A DNA stretch of 64,000 bases, taken from Candidatus Iainarchaeum sp. Lineage in GTDB: Archaea > Iainarchaeota > Iainarchaeia > Iainarchaeales > GCA-2688035. A program made the position numbers and the translations under genes. Positions within the stretch are counted from its first letter, which is position 1; every line of letters begins with the position of its first letter. The stretch spans positions 21,852-85,851 of the forward strand of contig JAFCCO010000003.1 in the NCBI GenBank assembly GCA_017610175.1. Reading direction: 5' to 3'. Shown here piece after piece: positions 47,102-57,100 of this stretch. Under the pieces are notes generated by a model that saw only the letters and a program-made list of their open reading frames with translations, was not told where the DNA came from and ran no database searches.

Positions 47102-49165
47102 TTGATTAAAACAATTGAGCTGCAGAACTGGAAAACCCACCTGAACAGCAGGTTTGAATTTTCAAACGGAACCAATTTGCTTGTTGGGGCAATGGGCTCC
47201 GGAAAAACAAGCGTAATGGACGCCATCTGCTTTGCACTATTTGGAACTTTCCCAAGCCTGCAACAGAGAAAGCTGAGCCAGCAGGAAATAATAATGGCAA
47301 AGCCGAACAAAATGGACTTTGCAAGGGTAAAGCTTGAGTTTGACTACAATGGGCAAGAGTACGCTGTTGAGCGCGTGATAAAGGAGAAGGGCGGAACAGA
47401 AGCAAAGTTTTACATTTCCAAAAAGTTTACAGCAGGGCCAAAACCAAACGATGTAAACAAGGCGATTGAGAACGCGATTGAAATAAACTACAACCTATTT
47501 AGCCGTGCGGTATATTCCGAACAAAACCAGATCGACCACTTCCTAAGGCTTTCCCCCGGACAGCGCAAGGAAAAGTTTGATGAACTGCTTGAACTTGACA
47601 GGTATGAAAAAGTGAGAAGCAGTGCTGTTAGCACACAAAACAGGCTGAACGGAATTATGACGGACAAAAGCGCATGGCTTGGAGAACTTAAAAAAGAATT
47701 TAAGGGAAGCGACGCAAAAGAGCTTGAGAAAAAAAAGGAAGAGAAAGAAAAGCTGCTCAAGGAACTTAATGAAAAGGAAAAATCGCTCGCAAAGGAAACC
47801 GAGAGCCTTAAGAAAGAGGTAAGCGAGCTTGAGCAAAAAGAAAAGGAATTTAGGGAGCTTAGTGAAAGTGTTTCAAAGAAGTCCTATCTGGCAGAGCAAC
47901 TTGCAAAAGAAGTGGGGAACACAGGAAAAGAGCTTAAGGGTCTGGATGCCGAAGTGATTGAGAAAAGCATTGAGGGAAGGAATGAGGAACTGAAAAAGAA
48001 ACGCAGTGAAATCGACGGGCTTGAGAAAAAAGAAAAGGAAATTATTGAAAAAGCCAGTGCGGCAAAGCAAGAAATTAAGGGGAATGAACTCAAGGTTAAG
48101 GAGCTAAAGGAACAAACCGCCGGAGTAAAGGGAGTTGAAGGAAACTGCCCGGTCTGCAAAACACTGCTTGACAAAGGTAAAAAAGAGCACATTGAAAAAG
48201 AAAACAGGGAACTTGAGGAAAAATTAGGGGAAAAAAACAAAAAGATAAGCGAAGAAATTGAAAAATTTGAGAAAGAGCAGGAAAAGCTTGGAAAGGAAAG
48301 GGGCGCCGCGGAAAAAGAGGAAAGCGCAGTTGAGGAAAAGGTCGTGGAATTAAAGAGGCTTTTGGAGCTTGCAAAAAAGCTTGGTGAAAAGAAAGTGCAG
48401 GCGGAAAAGCTTGGAAAGGAAGCAAAAGACACAAGGGCAAGAATCGAAAAGCTTGGGTTTGACGAGGCAAAAGCAAAGAAAGCAAAGGATGACGCAATTC
48501 GCACAGAATCCGCGGTTGGGTCCTGCAAAAAAGAACAAGCAAGCGTGAAAGAGATTCTTGCATTTGTCGAAAACGAAATTGAAAAGTCAAAGAAAAACGA
48601 GGAACAAATCAAAGAACTTGAAGCAAGCGTGAAAGCAATTGAAAAAAGTTTGGAAAAGCTGAATTTGTTTGTGAATTCTTTAAGGGAAACGCAGGCTCAG
48701 CTAAGGGAGAGCCTGATTGAAACAATCAACGAAGCAATGGACCAAATATGGCAGGACATTTACCCATACAAGGACTACTCTTCCGCAATGATGGCGGTTG
48801 AAGACGGAAACTATGAACTTGTTGTTAAAAACAGGGAAGGGAATTGGGAGCGGGTTGAAGGAATTTTAAGCGGAGGGGAAAGGTCATCCGCAGCAATCTG
48901 CATCAGAATAGCGTTCTCGCTTGTTCTGACAAGAAACCTTTCGTGGATGATTCTGGACGAGCCAACACACAACCTTGACACAACCGCAGTAAGCTGTTTG
49001 AGCAAAATGATGCGTGAATCCCTCCCTAAAATAATCGAGCAGGTTTTTGTGATAACACACGATAAAGAAATGGAGAAAGCCGCATCCGGCACGCTCTATG
49101 TGCTAAACAGAAATAAAAGTGTGGACGGGCCAACAAAAGCGGAATCAATTGCTTTAGAAAGTTAG
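47102..49165 (+). CDS. rad50: Rad50/SMC family ATPase
   Basis: GAMGSGKTS, coiled coils with a central CPVC zinc hook, LSGGE, ILDEPT, ITHD. Confidence 0.88.
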   Translation: MIKTIELQNWKTHLNSRFEFSNGTNLLVGAMGSGKTSVMDAICFALFGTFPSLQQRKLSQQEIIMAKPNKMDFARVKLEFDYNGQEYAVERVIKEKGGTEAKFYISKKFTAGPKPNDVNKAIENAIEINYNLFSRAVYSEQNQIDHFLRLSPGQRKEKFDELLELDRYEKVRSSAVSTQNRLNGIMTDKSAWLGELKKEFKGSDAKELEKKKEEKEKLLKELNEKEKSLAKETESLKKEVSELEQKEKEFRELSESVSKKSYLAEQLAKEVGNTGKELKGLDAEVIEKSIEGRNEELKKKRSEIDGLEKKEKEIIEKASAAKQEIKGNELKVKELKEQTAGVKGVEGNCPVCKTLLDKGKKEHIEKENRELEEKLGEKNKKISEEIEKFEKEQEKLGKERGAAEKEESAVEEKVVELKRLLELAKKLGEKKVQAEKLGKEAKDTRARIEKLGFDEAKAKKAKDDAIRTESAVGSCKKEQASVKEILAFVENEIEKSKKNEEQIKELEASVKAIEKSLEKLNLFVNSLRETQAQLRESLIETINEAMDQIWQDIYPYKDYSSAMMAVEDGNYELVVKNREGNWERVEGILSGGERSSAAICIRIAFSLVLTRNLSWMILDEPTHNLDTTAVSCLSKMMRESLPKIIEQVFVITHDKEMEKAASGTLYVLNRNKSVDGPTKAESIALES

Positions 49166-49353
49166 TTTGCCTTATCAGCCATCTTCCTTGTAATGAATCC
49201 GGCAATAAGGTTTCTGTCGACCTTTGAAAACTGCACGTCAAAAGAGTCGATGACGCGCTTGTTTTTTTCAAAGTCTCTTGAAAATTTTTCAGGCAAGAGC
49301 CTAATCAAAGTATTTGCCCTCATCTTAATTGCCCGTGGAACTGCTTTACCCAT
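49162..49353 (-). CDS. rps17e: 30S ribosomal protein S17e
   Basis: FSRDFEKNK..SKVDRNLIAGFITR. Confidence 0.93.
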   Translation of the reverse strand: MGKAVPRAIKMRANTLIRLLPEKFSRDFEKNKRVIDSFDVQFSKVDRNLIAGFITRKMADKAN

Positions 49354-49366
49354 TAAATCACCTTAA

Positions 49367-49570
49367 TTATTCGCCAAGAAGCTCTGTCTTACCATTAGGA
49401 TAAACACGTTTAATTGAAAGCGGCAGAACTCCTTTCTCAAACTCCTCTTTTGCAAGCAAGTAAGCTGAAGCGCCCTTTCCCGGTTTAACGAGAGGGGGTG
49501 CACCCAAAGCCAACTGCAGAGATCTGGCTGAGATTACTCTTGCACGTTCAAATCTTGTAATTTTTTGCAA
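49367..49570 (-). CDS. rpo6: RNA polymerase subunit Rpo6 (K)
   Basis: TRFERARVISARSLQLALGAP; probable TTG start after AAGGTG (start uncertain). Confidence 0.92.
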   Translation of the reverse strand: MQKITRFERARVISARSLQLALGAPPLVKPGKGASAYLLAKEEFEKGVLPLSIKRVYPNGKTELLGE

Positions 49571-49644
49571 ATTCAACACCTTAAAAAATAGGGATTGTAT
49601 AATTAAACTAGAAAAGCAATATTTATAAACCAATTCTAAAAGCA

Positions 49645-51147
49645 CTATTTGCGGGTTTTAACGCGCGAAACAACGGCGGGAACACGCTCGCGCCTTGAAA
49701 ACTCCTCTGCAATAGACATGGGGTTTTTTGCCCTAATAAAAGCGGTTTCATGGTTTTTGCACATAATTCGGCCATTTCGCTCCATTACAAGCTTGCTGAA
49801 GCGATTAAGCGCCGAAGCCTGAACCGCCACAATTGAGTCAGCAACCTGTTTTGAAAAGAATTTGCTGTGCTGGTTTGTTAAATGCCCCGGTAATGCCCTG
49901 TAAATTGAAAGCATTGCCCTGCAAAGGGCCTTTCTGAAAACAAAAGAGGAATCCTTTAAAAGTGCTTCCTGAGAAGCAAGGCCGTGTTCCTGAAGTGCGT
50001 CTTTTTCAACAGAAGAAATTTTTGCAGAAAGAAATGCAATTTGCTCATTCAGCGCGCAGAGGGCTTTTGACAAAAACGATTCTCTGCGCAAGCAAAACCA
50101 ATGCAGTTGGGTTGTTGAAACCAGCTCTGCCTTCCCCCCTGACGCTTGGTTGAGTGCATCGCAAAGCAACAGTTCAACTTCCTGATTCCTTGCAAAAGGC
50201 CCTACAGGGAAATAATTGAGATAAAACTCTTTTTTCAGACGCTCCCTGCTTTCCTTATGCAAAGCCTGTTCGTGGAACTGCTGTTCAAAGCCTGGAATAA
50301 GCGACTCGAAATAGAAGCCCTCTGAAAGCACCCTTGCATTAACTGTTGAATGCGGCAAAACGTTTCTGTCAAAAAGACTGTTTGGACTACAGCAACTGCA
50401 ATCAATTGATTCAAAGCCAAGATTGTAAAATGGCTTTGTGAAAAGAGTTGGCCAAAGCATTGAGAAGTCCATTTCAATTGAGTTCGGGGGAACGGGGCTT
50501 TTGCGGCAGGGTCTCTGCGGCACATCCTGAGAAGATGGGGCATCAAAACCGTGTGAAAAAAACAGGTTTTCAAGAAAGGTTTCCAATGCAACAAACTGCT
50601 CGGTTGGACTGTTCTCAGGGTGAATGCAAAGCAGTTTGGAAACTGCAATCGAATTGATGAATTCATTTGCAGACTCATTGTCATGTTCAAGAAGCTCTTT
50701 TGCAACCTCATTAAGGGAGGCAAGCCCGTTCCACAATGCATTTGGAAAATCGGTGCACTCAATCTTTTGAGGAAACTTGCCGGCAAGATCAAAGGAATCA
50801 AAGTAACTCCAGTTGTTGGCTGCAAGAAACTGCCGCTCTGGCTCAATCAAGACAGGCCTTTTTCCAAAGGAATTAAGACAAAGGTTTGCAAGGCACTTGA
50901 GGTCAAAAAAAGTTGATGCTTTAACCTCAAACGAGTTTTCGTGCTCAATTATTTCAAACTTCTGCGGATTGTAATTGCAAAGAAGCTTGCTTAGTTCACC
51001 TGCCGGAATTTTTTTCTCAAAAAAGAAAGAGGGAAAGAAGGGAAAACTCTTTGATTTCTTCCCACCAAAATTAGCGAACTCTAAGGTTATGCGATGCTTG
51101 GCTTGCGCATACTCTATTCCTGTAAGCGTGTGTGTGTTGGAAGTCAT
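49645..51147 (-). CDS. Inactivated family B DNA polymerase homolog
   Basis: Motif A remnant DFSMLWPT..YNLGFESIDCSCC and HWFC..ESFL; motifs B and C degenerate. Confidence 0.65.
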   Translation of the reverse strand: MTSNTHTLTGIEYAQAKHRITLEFANFGGKKSKSFPFFPSFFFEKKIPAGELSKLLCNYNPQKFEIIEHENSFEVKASTFFDLKCLANLCLNSFGKRPVLIEPERQFLAANNWSYFDSFDLAGKFPQKIECTDFPNALWNGLASLNEVAKELLEHDNESANEFINSIAVSKLLCIHPENSPTEQFVALETFLENLFFSHGFDAPSSQDVPQRPCRKSPVPPNSIEMDFSMLWPTLFTKPFYNLGFESIDCSCCSPNSLFDRNVLPHSTVNARVLSEGFYFESLIPGFEQQFHEQALHKESRERLKKEFYLNYFPVGPFARNQEVELLLCDALNQASGGKAELVSTTQLHWFCLRRESFLSKALCALNEQIAFLSAKISSVEKDALQEHGLASQEALLKDSSFVFRKALCRAMLSIYRALPGHLTNQHSKFFSKQVADSIVAVQASALNRFSKLVMERNGRIMCKNHETAFIRAKNPMSIAEEFSRRERVPAVVSRVKTRK

Positions 51148-51241
51148 TGCTGACCAATAAAAAAAGGGGTTTTGGGCGCATTTAAAGGATTAGAAGGAGA
51201 GTGGGTTTCCACTGTTATTTTAAGGGCAAAAATTTCCGCTA

Positions 51242-52792
51242 TTACAGCAGTTCCCTTGTTTCATCATCTTTTTCGCTTGAATTCCGCTCAAAGTCAACTG
51301 CAGCCTGTTCAAGCGAAATCTCGTGCCTTGACTCCTGACTCTTTCTCTTGCGCACCTTAAAGAAGAGAGGGTAATGTGTTGCCTCGCCCACAAGAAGCGC
51401 TTCCCCCACACGAAGTGAGGTAATCATCTCAATGCTTTTGCTGTCCAAACCCTCTGAACTTTCCCCTATGTGCTTTAAGTCATAGGGATTTGTGATTCGC
51501 AGAATTATATGGGTATTACACTGGGAAAGGGCTGTTGTGTCAAGCTGCACAGGCCTCTGTGAAATAAGGCAGAGCGAGGCCCCAAACTTTCGCCCCTCTC
51601 TTGCAATTGTTCTAATTATTGAGCGGCAGATTGCCGAGTCCTTTCCGGCCTTTTCAGGAACAAACTGGTGAGCTTCTTCCAGAACAAGGAGGAAAGGGGG
51701 AATTGTCTTTCTTCTTCGCTCGTAAAAAAGCCTTTGGGCAAAGTAACTCACAATAATCTGCTTCTTTTTTGTGTTGATTACGTCACCCAAATCAATAATT
51801 GTGAGGTTGCCTGACTTAAGCAAATCGGAAATTGGTGGTGAATCTGTTTTTCCAAACAAATTGAGTTCCATCAGGCTTACAATCCACCCACCCAATGCAA
51901 CCTTTGTGTTCTCCTTAATTTCAGGGGTTGAGTTTAACGTGTCAAGGACGTCGTGCAAGTCAAACGGGCCAAGACCTGATTTCATCTCGGCTCTCAGCTT
52001 TGAAATTATTTTTCCAAGGTCCCTCTTCTGCGGACTGCTTAAGCCCGGAATAATTCCCGAAAGGATTCCAACACTTAGTTTGGGAACACCAATCTGAATC
52101 TCGTGGGCCTTAACGATTTTTGTTCTTGAAGAGTAATCTGTTTTGCTTTTGTCCAAAACAGGCTCTGCAAAGGAACTGTATTCCCCGTGCGGGTCAAGAA
52201 CAATTGTTGCAATTCGGCCCGCTTCCTTCTTCCTGTCCAAAAGCTCCTCAAACAAAACGCTTGTAAGGTAGCTTTTTCCGGCACCGCTTAATGCAAGAAT
52301 TGCAAGATGCTTTTTCAAAAGGGCCGACATGTTTAGCTTTACAGGCAAGTCATGGTGATCGACCTGGCCAAGCTCAAGCCCGTGTTCGGTATCGAAATGC
52401 AAAAATTTTGTGAGGTTTTCCTTTGCCGCAAGCCTCACCTTTGTTCCGGGGCTTGGGGGATAGGTTGCACGCTTTGTGAGATTATCGGAGAAAACCCCAA
52501 GCGGCCTTGTTTTTGCAATAAGGTACTCCCACTCAGAGGTTGGAAATTGCTCAAAGAGCGCGGAACCGTTTGCCTCAAATTCTTTTACTGAATCCGCCCG
52601 CTCAAAGTAACGGTTTGTTTTGATTACATCGGTCACAAGCGCAATCATTGTGCCCTCGCTGTAGTCAAGCTCAACAAACTGGCCGCGGTGCAGCACTCCC
52701 GAGGTAACAACAAAGTCTAGGGCTGCAGGGCTTGGGCCATCAGGGGTTGACACAACAGTTCCAAGTTCCTTTTCAGCCATTTGATCCACCAA
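51242..52792 (-). CDS. herA: HerA helicase/translocase
   Basis: HAS barrel, HLAILALSGAGKS, DPHGEY, LEEAH, AREGRKFG, SQRP. Confidence 0.93.
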   Translation of the reverse strand: MVDQMAEKELGTVVSTPDGPSPAALDFVVTSGVLHRGQFVELDYSEGTMIALVTDVIKTNRYFERADSVKEFEANGSALFEQFPTSEWEYLIAKTRPLGVFSDNLTKRATYPPSPGTKVRLAAKENLTKFLHFDTEHGLELGQVDHHDLPVKLNMSALLKKHLAILALSGAGKSYLTSVLFEELLDRKKEAGRIATIVLDPHGEYSSFAEPVLDKSKTDYSSRTKIVKAHEIQIGVPKLSVGILSGIIPGLSSPQKRDLGKIISKLRAEMKSGLGPFDLHDVLDTLNSTPEIKENTKVALGGWIVSLMELNLFGKTDSPPISDLLKSGNLTIIDLGDVINTKKKQIIVSYFAQRLFYERRRKTIPPFLLVLEEAHQFVPEKAGKDSAICRSIIRTIAREGRKFGASLCLISQRPVQLDTTALSQCNTHIILRITNPYDLKHIGESSEGLDSKSIEMITSLRVGEALLVGEATHYPLFFKVRKRKSQESRHEISLEQAAVDFERNSSEKDDETRELL

Positions 52793-52812
52793 TAAAATAA
52801 ATAACCGTTTGC

Positions 52813-53907
52813 CTAAAAAGGCCTATAGTCCCGCCTCATTTTAATGCGAATATTCCTGCCCAGTTTGTCCATTATTTTGTCGTAAACAAGGTTTATTTCG
52901 TCAGGATTGAGCTTTGCATGCAAATCCGCCTCAATCAAAACGGTTGGATAAGCGTATTCGCGGTGCATGCAGGAAGAAGCATAAACAATTGGCGCAATCT
53001 TATTTACATGCTCTGAAATGTCCCCCTTGCTGTGAAGGAATTCAATGCGCAATGGCCTGTCAAACTCACAGGGCCTTAAGTAGAATGCGTGAATGCTTTT
53101 TGCCCAGCGCTCCTCAAAGTCTGAAAGTATGGGGTGGGGCCTTTTTGCGTCCTCCCCACTGTAAGTGAAAGCCATGCTTCGCTCTCCCTTGGCAAGAAGG
53201 TAATCAAGCAAAATTGTGTCATAGCAATTGTCAAGCGGTTTTGAATTAATTGAGGCCCCCATAATCTTTTCCTGCAGAATTGACCTGAAGCGCGAGCCCC
53301 TGCTGTCCTCAACGCAGGCAACAAGCTCTGTTCCCTGCTTTTCCGCGGTCTTGTAGAGAAGCTGAAATTCGTTAACCAAATGCCTGTAAAACTCATGAAT
53401 TGTGCTTTCATTCCTTGGCTTGTCGGCATACTGCGGAACAATGCTTCCGTCAATAAAACAGTAGTCCGGGGAATGCTCTTCAATAATCTGCCTTGTTGTT
53501 CCAACCTCCTTTAACAGCCTTTGAAGGGATTTGCTTATCTGGAATTCATCACTTTCAAGGGCTGAACTGCTTAGGTTGGGCTCTGGAAAAGAGTAAAAGG
53601 AAGGGAAGTACTTTGCTTTCTCAAGCTTGCCCTGCTTGTAGTCAAAAACAACGCCAACGCAGCGCACAAGAACCAGGTTAAAGGCAAGCAGGTCCTTTCC
53701 CACAAAGCCTGAGTCGACCCCCGCAAGCGTTCCATTCAACTGCTTTTTTTCAACCGTTGAAATAAGGTTTTCCTCAAGCAAATCGCGCCCGTCCACCTTA
53801 ACCGGTTTTTTTGTAAGAGGCATTATAGAGGAAACAAGGGTTTTGCGGGTTTTGTGCATTCCGCTGATGCTGTTAACAGCCTCGTCAATTAATCCGGTTA
53901 AGTTCAT
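52813..53907 (-). CDS. nurA: NurA nuclease
   Basis: AGVDSG, FIDGS and YAYPTVLIEAD motifs; adjacent to herA. Confidence 0.9.
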   Translation of the reverse strand: MNLTGLIDEAVNSISGMHKTRKTLVSSIMPLTKKPVKVDGRDLLEENLISTVEKKQLNGTLAGVDSGFVGKDLLAFNLVLVRCVGVVFDYKQGKLEKAKYFPSFYSFPEPNLSSSALESDEFQISKSLQRLLKEVGTTRQIIEEHSPDYCFIDGSIVPQYADKPRNESTIHEFYRHLVNEFQLLYKTAEKQGTELVACVEDSRGSRFRSILQEKIMGASINSKPLDNCYDTILLDYLLAKGERSMAFTYSGEDAKRPHPILSDFEERWAKSIHAFYLRPCEFDRPLRIEFLHSKGDISEHVNKIAPIVYASSCMHREYAYPTVLIEADLHAKLNPDEINLVYDKIMDKLGRNIRIKMRRDYRPF

Positions 53908-53966
53908 CCCTATAATTGGGAAAAGCTGGTTTAAAAGACTATTTGGAGAGCGGGTTTCCGGTAATA

Positions 53967-54689
53967 TCACATTCTGCGTCTTCGAATCTTGTGCAATGGT
54001 TCTTTCCTAATGTTGCCCATTGCCCTTTTCTTGCCCTCAACAAGGTGGGACTCCCTTGCATAAACATGCCCGTCCGGTGCGATTATGGTTGCAGGCTTGG
54101 TCCCGCCCGATTTTCCGCGTTCCCAGTAACCAAGATAAGTCTTGGCTTTGGGCAGGCCGTACTTTCTAAGCAAAGCTCTTTCGCTTTGCCTCGGAGCTGC
54201 GCTTGCACAAAAACCCAGTTCAAGCATTCCCTTTTTTGGCTCAACCTTAAGCAGGTTCTGCACGCGGCTCTTTAATTCTGCCGCGCCCCCCTTCAGGCTT
54301 CTTGCGTGAAAATCGTCAACAGAAACCCGAAGCAGTATCGGAACGCCTGCCTTTGTTGCCATCGCATTCATTCTGGCCAAAAATTCCTTCGCCGCCCTCT
54401 GCGTCTTTGAGAAAGCAAAACCGTTTGTGATTACCTGCATCCAGCCTGGTTTTCTTGCGGCAACCATTTCAATCATTTTCCAAAATTTTGGATGAATTGT
54501 CGGCTCACCGCCGGCAATTGTAATCTCGTGAAAGTGCCCGATTGATTTGGATGCTTTTGTAAACGTTTTCATTGGCATGTGCATTTTTCCAAGCATTTTT
54601 TCATAAACACAGCCAGGGCACTTTGCATTGCAGTTCCATGTAATCAGAAGCATCATCTGTTCGTCAGGGCTTTTCTTCCAGGGACTCAT
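53967..54689 (-). CDS. Radical SAM protein of unknown function
   Basis: CNAKCPGC, GGEP, ITNG and SVDDFH motifs. Confidence 0.85.
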   Translation of the reverse strand: MSPWKKSPDEQMMLLITWNCNAKCPGCVYEKMLGKMHMPMKTFTKASKSIGHFHEITIAGGEPTIHPKFWKMIEMVAARKPGWMQVITNGFAFSKTQRAAKEFLARMNAMATKAGVPILLRVSVDDFHARSLKGGAAELKSRVQNLLKVEPKKGMLELGFCASAAPRQSERALLRKYGLPKAKTYLGYWERGKSGGTKPATIIAPDGHVYARESHLVEGKKRAMGNIRKEPLHKIRRRRM

Positions 54690-54807
54690 AAGGTATTAAC
54701 ACATTGCCGCTTTATAAAATTTTGCCAAAAATTGCCCCTGAAAAAAGAAAAGAATTTAAACCTGCTACGCCTATTGTTAATAGCGATTTTCAAAGGAGTA
54801 CAGTAAA

Positions 54808-55134
54808 ATGAAGAGAGCCGTTTTTATACTCAAAACAATAGTAAGCCCTTGGAAACCCCCTTTCACCAAAAAAATCGGAATAGAGGACTATGACGTTACA
54901 GTCGGGCAGGAATTTGACACAATAGAGCGGGAGCCCAAAAAAATCTTTAAATTGGTTAAATGCAATGCAGAAACCTGCCTTGTTGAATTCTCGGAAAAAT
55001 TTACGCTAAAAGGGCACGAGCACCCCGGAAACAGGCAGATTGAAATAGGGTCAGACCCCACCAGCTTCAGCTATTTGTGGGGAGAAGACGGAATAACCAA
55101 AAAGCTCTCACTAAAACAAATTTACGAAAGCTAA
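54808..55134 (+). CDS. Hypothetical protein
   Basis: 108-aa ORF with GGAG upstream; no recognised motif. Confidence 0.6.
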   Translation: MKRAVFILKTIVSPWKPPFTKKIGIEDYDVTVGQEFDTIEREPKKIFKLVKCNAETCLVEFSEKFTLKGHEHPGNRQIEIGSDPTSFSYLWGEDGITKKLSLKQIYES

Positions 55135-55143
55135 AATTAGGAA

Positions 55144-55467
55144 TTACTTGCCCCGAAGAATTCTCTTAAGGTCAATTTTTCGATCCTCAGCGTTAATGTT
55201 CTTGCTGCTGCACTTATCCTCGGCACAATTGCTCATGTAACGCTTGCAATAACTCTTTCCGGACATCTGCTTTAGGTGTTTGCACTCTCTCCAAACGAGT
55301 TTTTTCTCAATCGCTGCGTTTTCAAGCTCTGAAGAGAAATCAAGAACCCGCTTAACCTCTTTCTTAATCTGGGTCGGTTCAAGATTGGAGACCGATTCCT
55401 CAATTAGCGCGGTGCGTTTCCGGGCCGCTGTGACAAGACCGGTTAAAGGCATGTTAACTAAATGCAC
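55144..55467 (-). CDS. Hypothetical protein with a C-terminal Cys cluster
   Basis: CKH..YC..C..C pattern; start uncertain. Confidence 0.55.
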   Translation of the reverse strand: MHLVNMPLTGLVTAARKRTALIEESVSNLEPTQIKKEVKRVLDFSSELENAAIEKKLVWRECKHLKQMSGKSYCKRYMSNCAEDKCSSKNINAEDRKIDLKRILRGK

Positions 55468-55532
55468 CTAAGTTAAATAAAAAGCTTTCCCCCTTCGCAC
55501 AAGATTTTGGTGCAAAAGTGCGCAAGGAAAAC

Positions 55533-55564
55533 TTTAAAAACATTATATGAAAGTATATTCATAT
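55533..55564 (+). promoter_or_regulatory. TATA box plus ArsR/SmtB-type operator
   Basis: TTTAAAAA (55533-55540) followed by ATATGAA-N6-TTCATAT (55545-55564) overlapping the ATG. Confidence 0.7.
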
Positions 55565-55883
55565 GAATAAGAATTCAGTTCCATACCACCTCTGCCTTGA
55601 AACACTTGGAAACGAGCTCAGGGTAAAGGTGCTTGAGGCACTCAAAGAAGACCCCAAAACCGTTAGCGGGCTTGCTTTTGCAACAAAAGTCGAGCAAAGC
55701 AGGCTTTCCCACAGCCTCAAGGCACTGAAACAATGCAATTTTGTGAAAAGTGAGGCAAGGGGAAAGGAAAGAGTGTACAGCTTAACCGAATCCTTTGTGA
55801 AGGAAATGCCAAAATCAAAGAACATCTTCGAAGCGCTTGAAAAGCACTTCAAAAAGTTCGGATGCAACTGCTGGAGGCAATAA
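55563..55883 (+). CDS. ArsR family transcriptional regulator
   Basis: LGNELRVKVL, EQSRLSHSL and GKERVYSL motifs; C-terminal CNC. Confidence 0.92.
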   Translation: MNKNSVPYHLCLETLGNELRVKVLEALKEDPKTVSGLAFATKVEQSRLSHSLKALKQCNFVKSEARGKERVYSLTESFVKEMPKSKNIFEALEKHFKKFGCNCWRQ

Positions 55884-55885
55884 AA

Positions 55886-57091
55886 ATGAAGCGAATTTAC
55901 CTTGACCATGCGGCAACAACCCCGCTCGATGCGCGCGTGCTAAAAGAAATGGAACCGTACTTTTTGGAAAACTACGGAAATGCATCCTCACTCCACTCAT
56001 TTGGAAGAGAGGCAAGGGAAGCCGTTGAAAAAAGCAGGGAAGCCGTTGCCAAAATCCTCAACGCAAAGCCTGACGAGATTGTGTTCAACAGCGGAGGCAC
56101 AGAGGGCGACAACACAGCGCTCAGGGGCGTAATCAAGGCAAGCAAAACAAAAAGGATTGTGACAAGCAAAATAGAGCACCACGCAGTAGAGCACACATCA
56201 AAAGAGCTTGAAAAAGAGGGCGCAGAAGTTGAATTCGTTGAGGTGGACAGCGAAGGGTTTGTTGACGTTGCAGCCATTGAAAAAGCGCTTGCAAAAGAAA
56301 CCGCAATCGCAAGCATAATGCACGCAAACAACGAAATCGGAACAATCGAACCGATTGCGGAAATCGGAGAAATGTGCAGGGAAAAGGGAACGATTTTCCA
56401 CACAGACGCAGTTCAAAGTGTCGGCAAGGAAAAAATTGACGTTGAAAAAATGAACATTGACCTCTTGAGTGCCTCAGGGCACAAGTTCTACGGCCCCAAA
56501 GGGGTTGGCTTTATGTACATCAAAAAAGGAACCAAGATACTGCCAATTCTGCACGGCGGAGGCCACGAAAAAGGAATGCGCTCCGGAACAGAGAACGTTG
56601 CCGGAATAGTTGGGCTTGCAAAAGCACTTGAAATAGCCGAAAATGAAAGGGAAAAGGAAACTGCCAGGGAAAAAAAGCTTGCAGAAAGGCTTGTGAAAGG
56701 AATCTCGGAAATTGGAAACAGCTGGGTGAACGGGCCGGAAATCGGAAGCAAAAGACTGAGCAACAACATAAACCTCGGGTTTGACTTTGTAGAAGGGGAA
56801 AGCATGGTTTTTATGATGGATGAGAAAGGAATTGCCTGCAGCACCGGGTCTGCGTGCTCAACCAAGGACCTTAACCCAAGCCATGTGCTAATGGCAATTA
56901 ACCTGAAACCATGGAAAGCGCACGGGTCGCTGAGAATAACAACCGGCCGGGGCACAACAGAGAAAGACATAGATTATGCCGTTGAAAGCATTTCCGAAAT
57001 TGTGAAAAGGCTGAGGGAAATAAGCCCGCTTAGAAAGGGAAAGGACATAAGCAAGTTTGAAAAAGGGTTTGAGGAAAGGCATAGCCACTGA
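55886..57091 (+). CDS. iscS: Cysteine desulfurase (IscS/NifS)
   Basis: YLDHAATTP, HTDAVQ, SGHKFYGPKG and STGSAC motifs. Confidence 0.96.
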   Translation: MKRIYLDHAATTPLDARVLKEMEPYFLENYGNASSLHSFGREAREAVEKSREAVAKILNAKPDEIVFNSGGTEGDNTALRGVIKASKTKRIVTSKIEHHAVEHTSKELEKEGAEVEFVEVDSEGFVDVAAIEKALAKETAIASIMHANNEIGTIEPIAEIGEMCREKGTIFHTDAVQSVGKEKIDVEKMNIDLLSASGHKFYGPKGVGFMYIKKGTKILPILHGGGHEKGMRSGTENVAGIVGLAKALEIAENEREKETAREKKLAERLVKGISEIGNSWVNGPEIGSKRLSNNINLGFDFVEGESMVFMMDEKGIACSTGSACSTKDLNPSHVLMAINLKPWKAHGSLRITTGRGTTEKDIDYAVESISEIVKRLREISPLRKGKDISKFEKGFEERHSH

Positions 57092-57100
57092 GGTGAGAAA

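Noticed and set aside
47640-48720. Apparent GAAAAAGAG-type repeats in rad50
   Set aside because: They are explained by the Glu/Lys-rich coiled-coil coding sequence.
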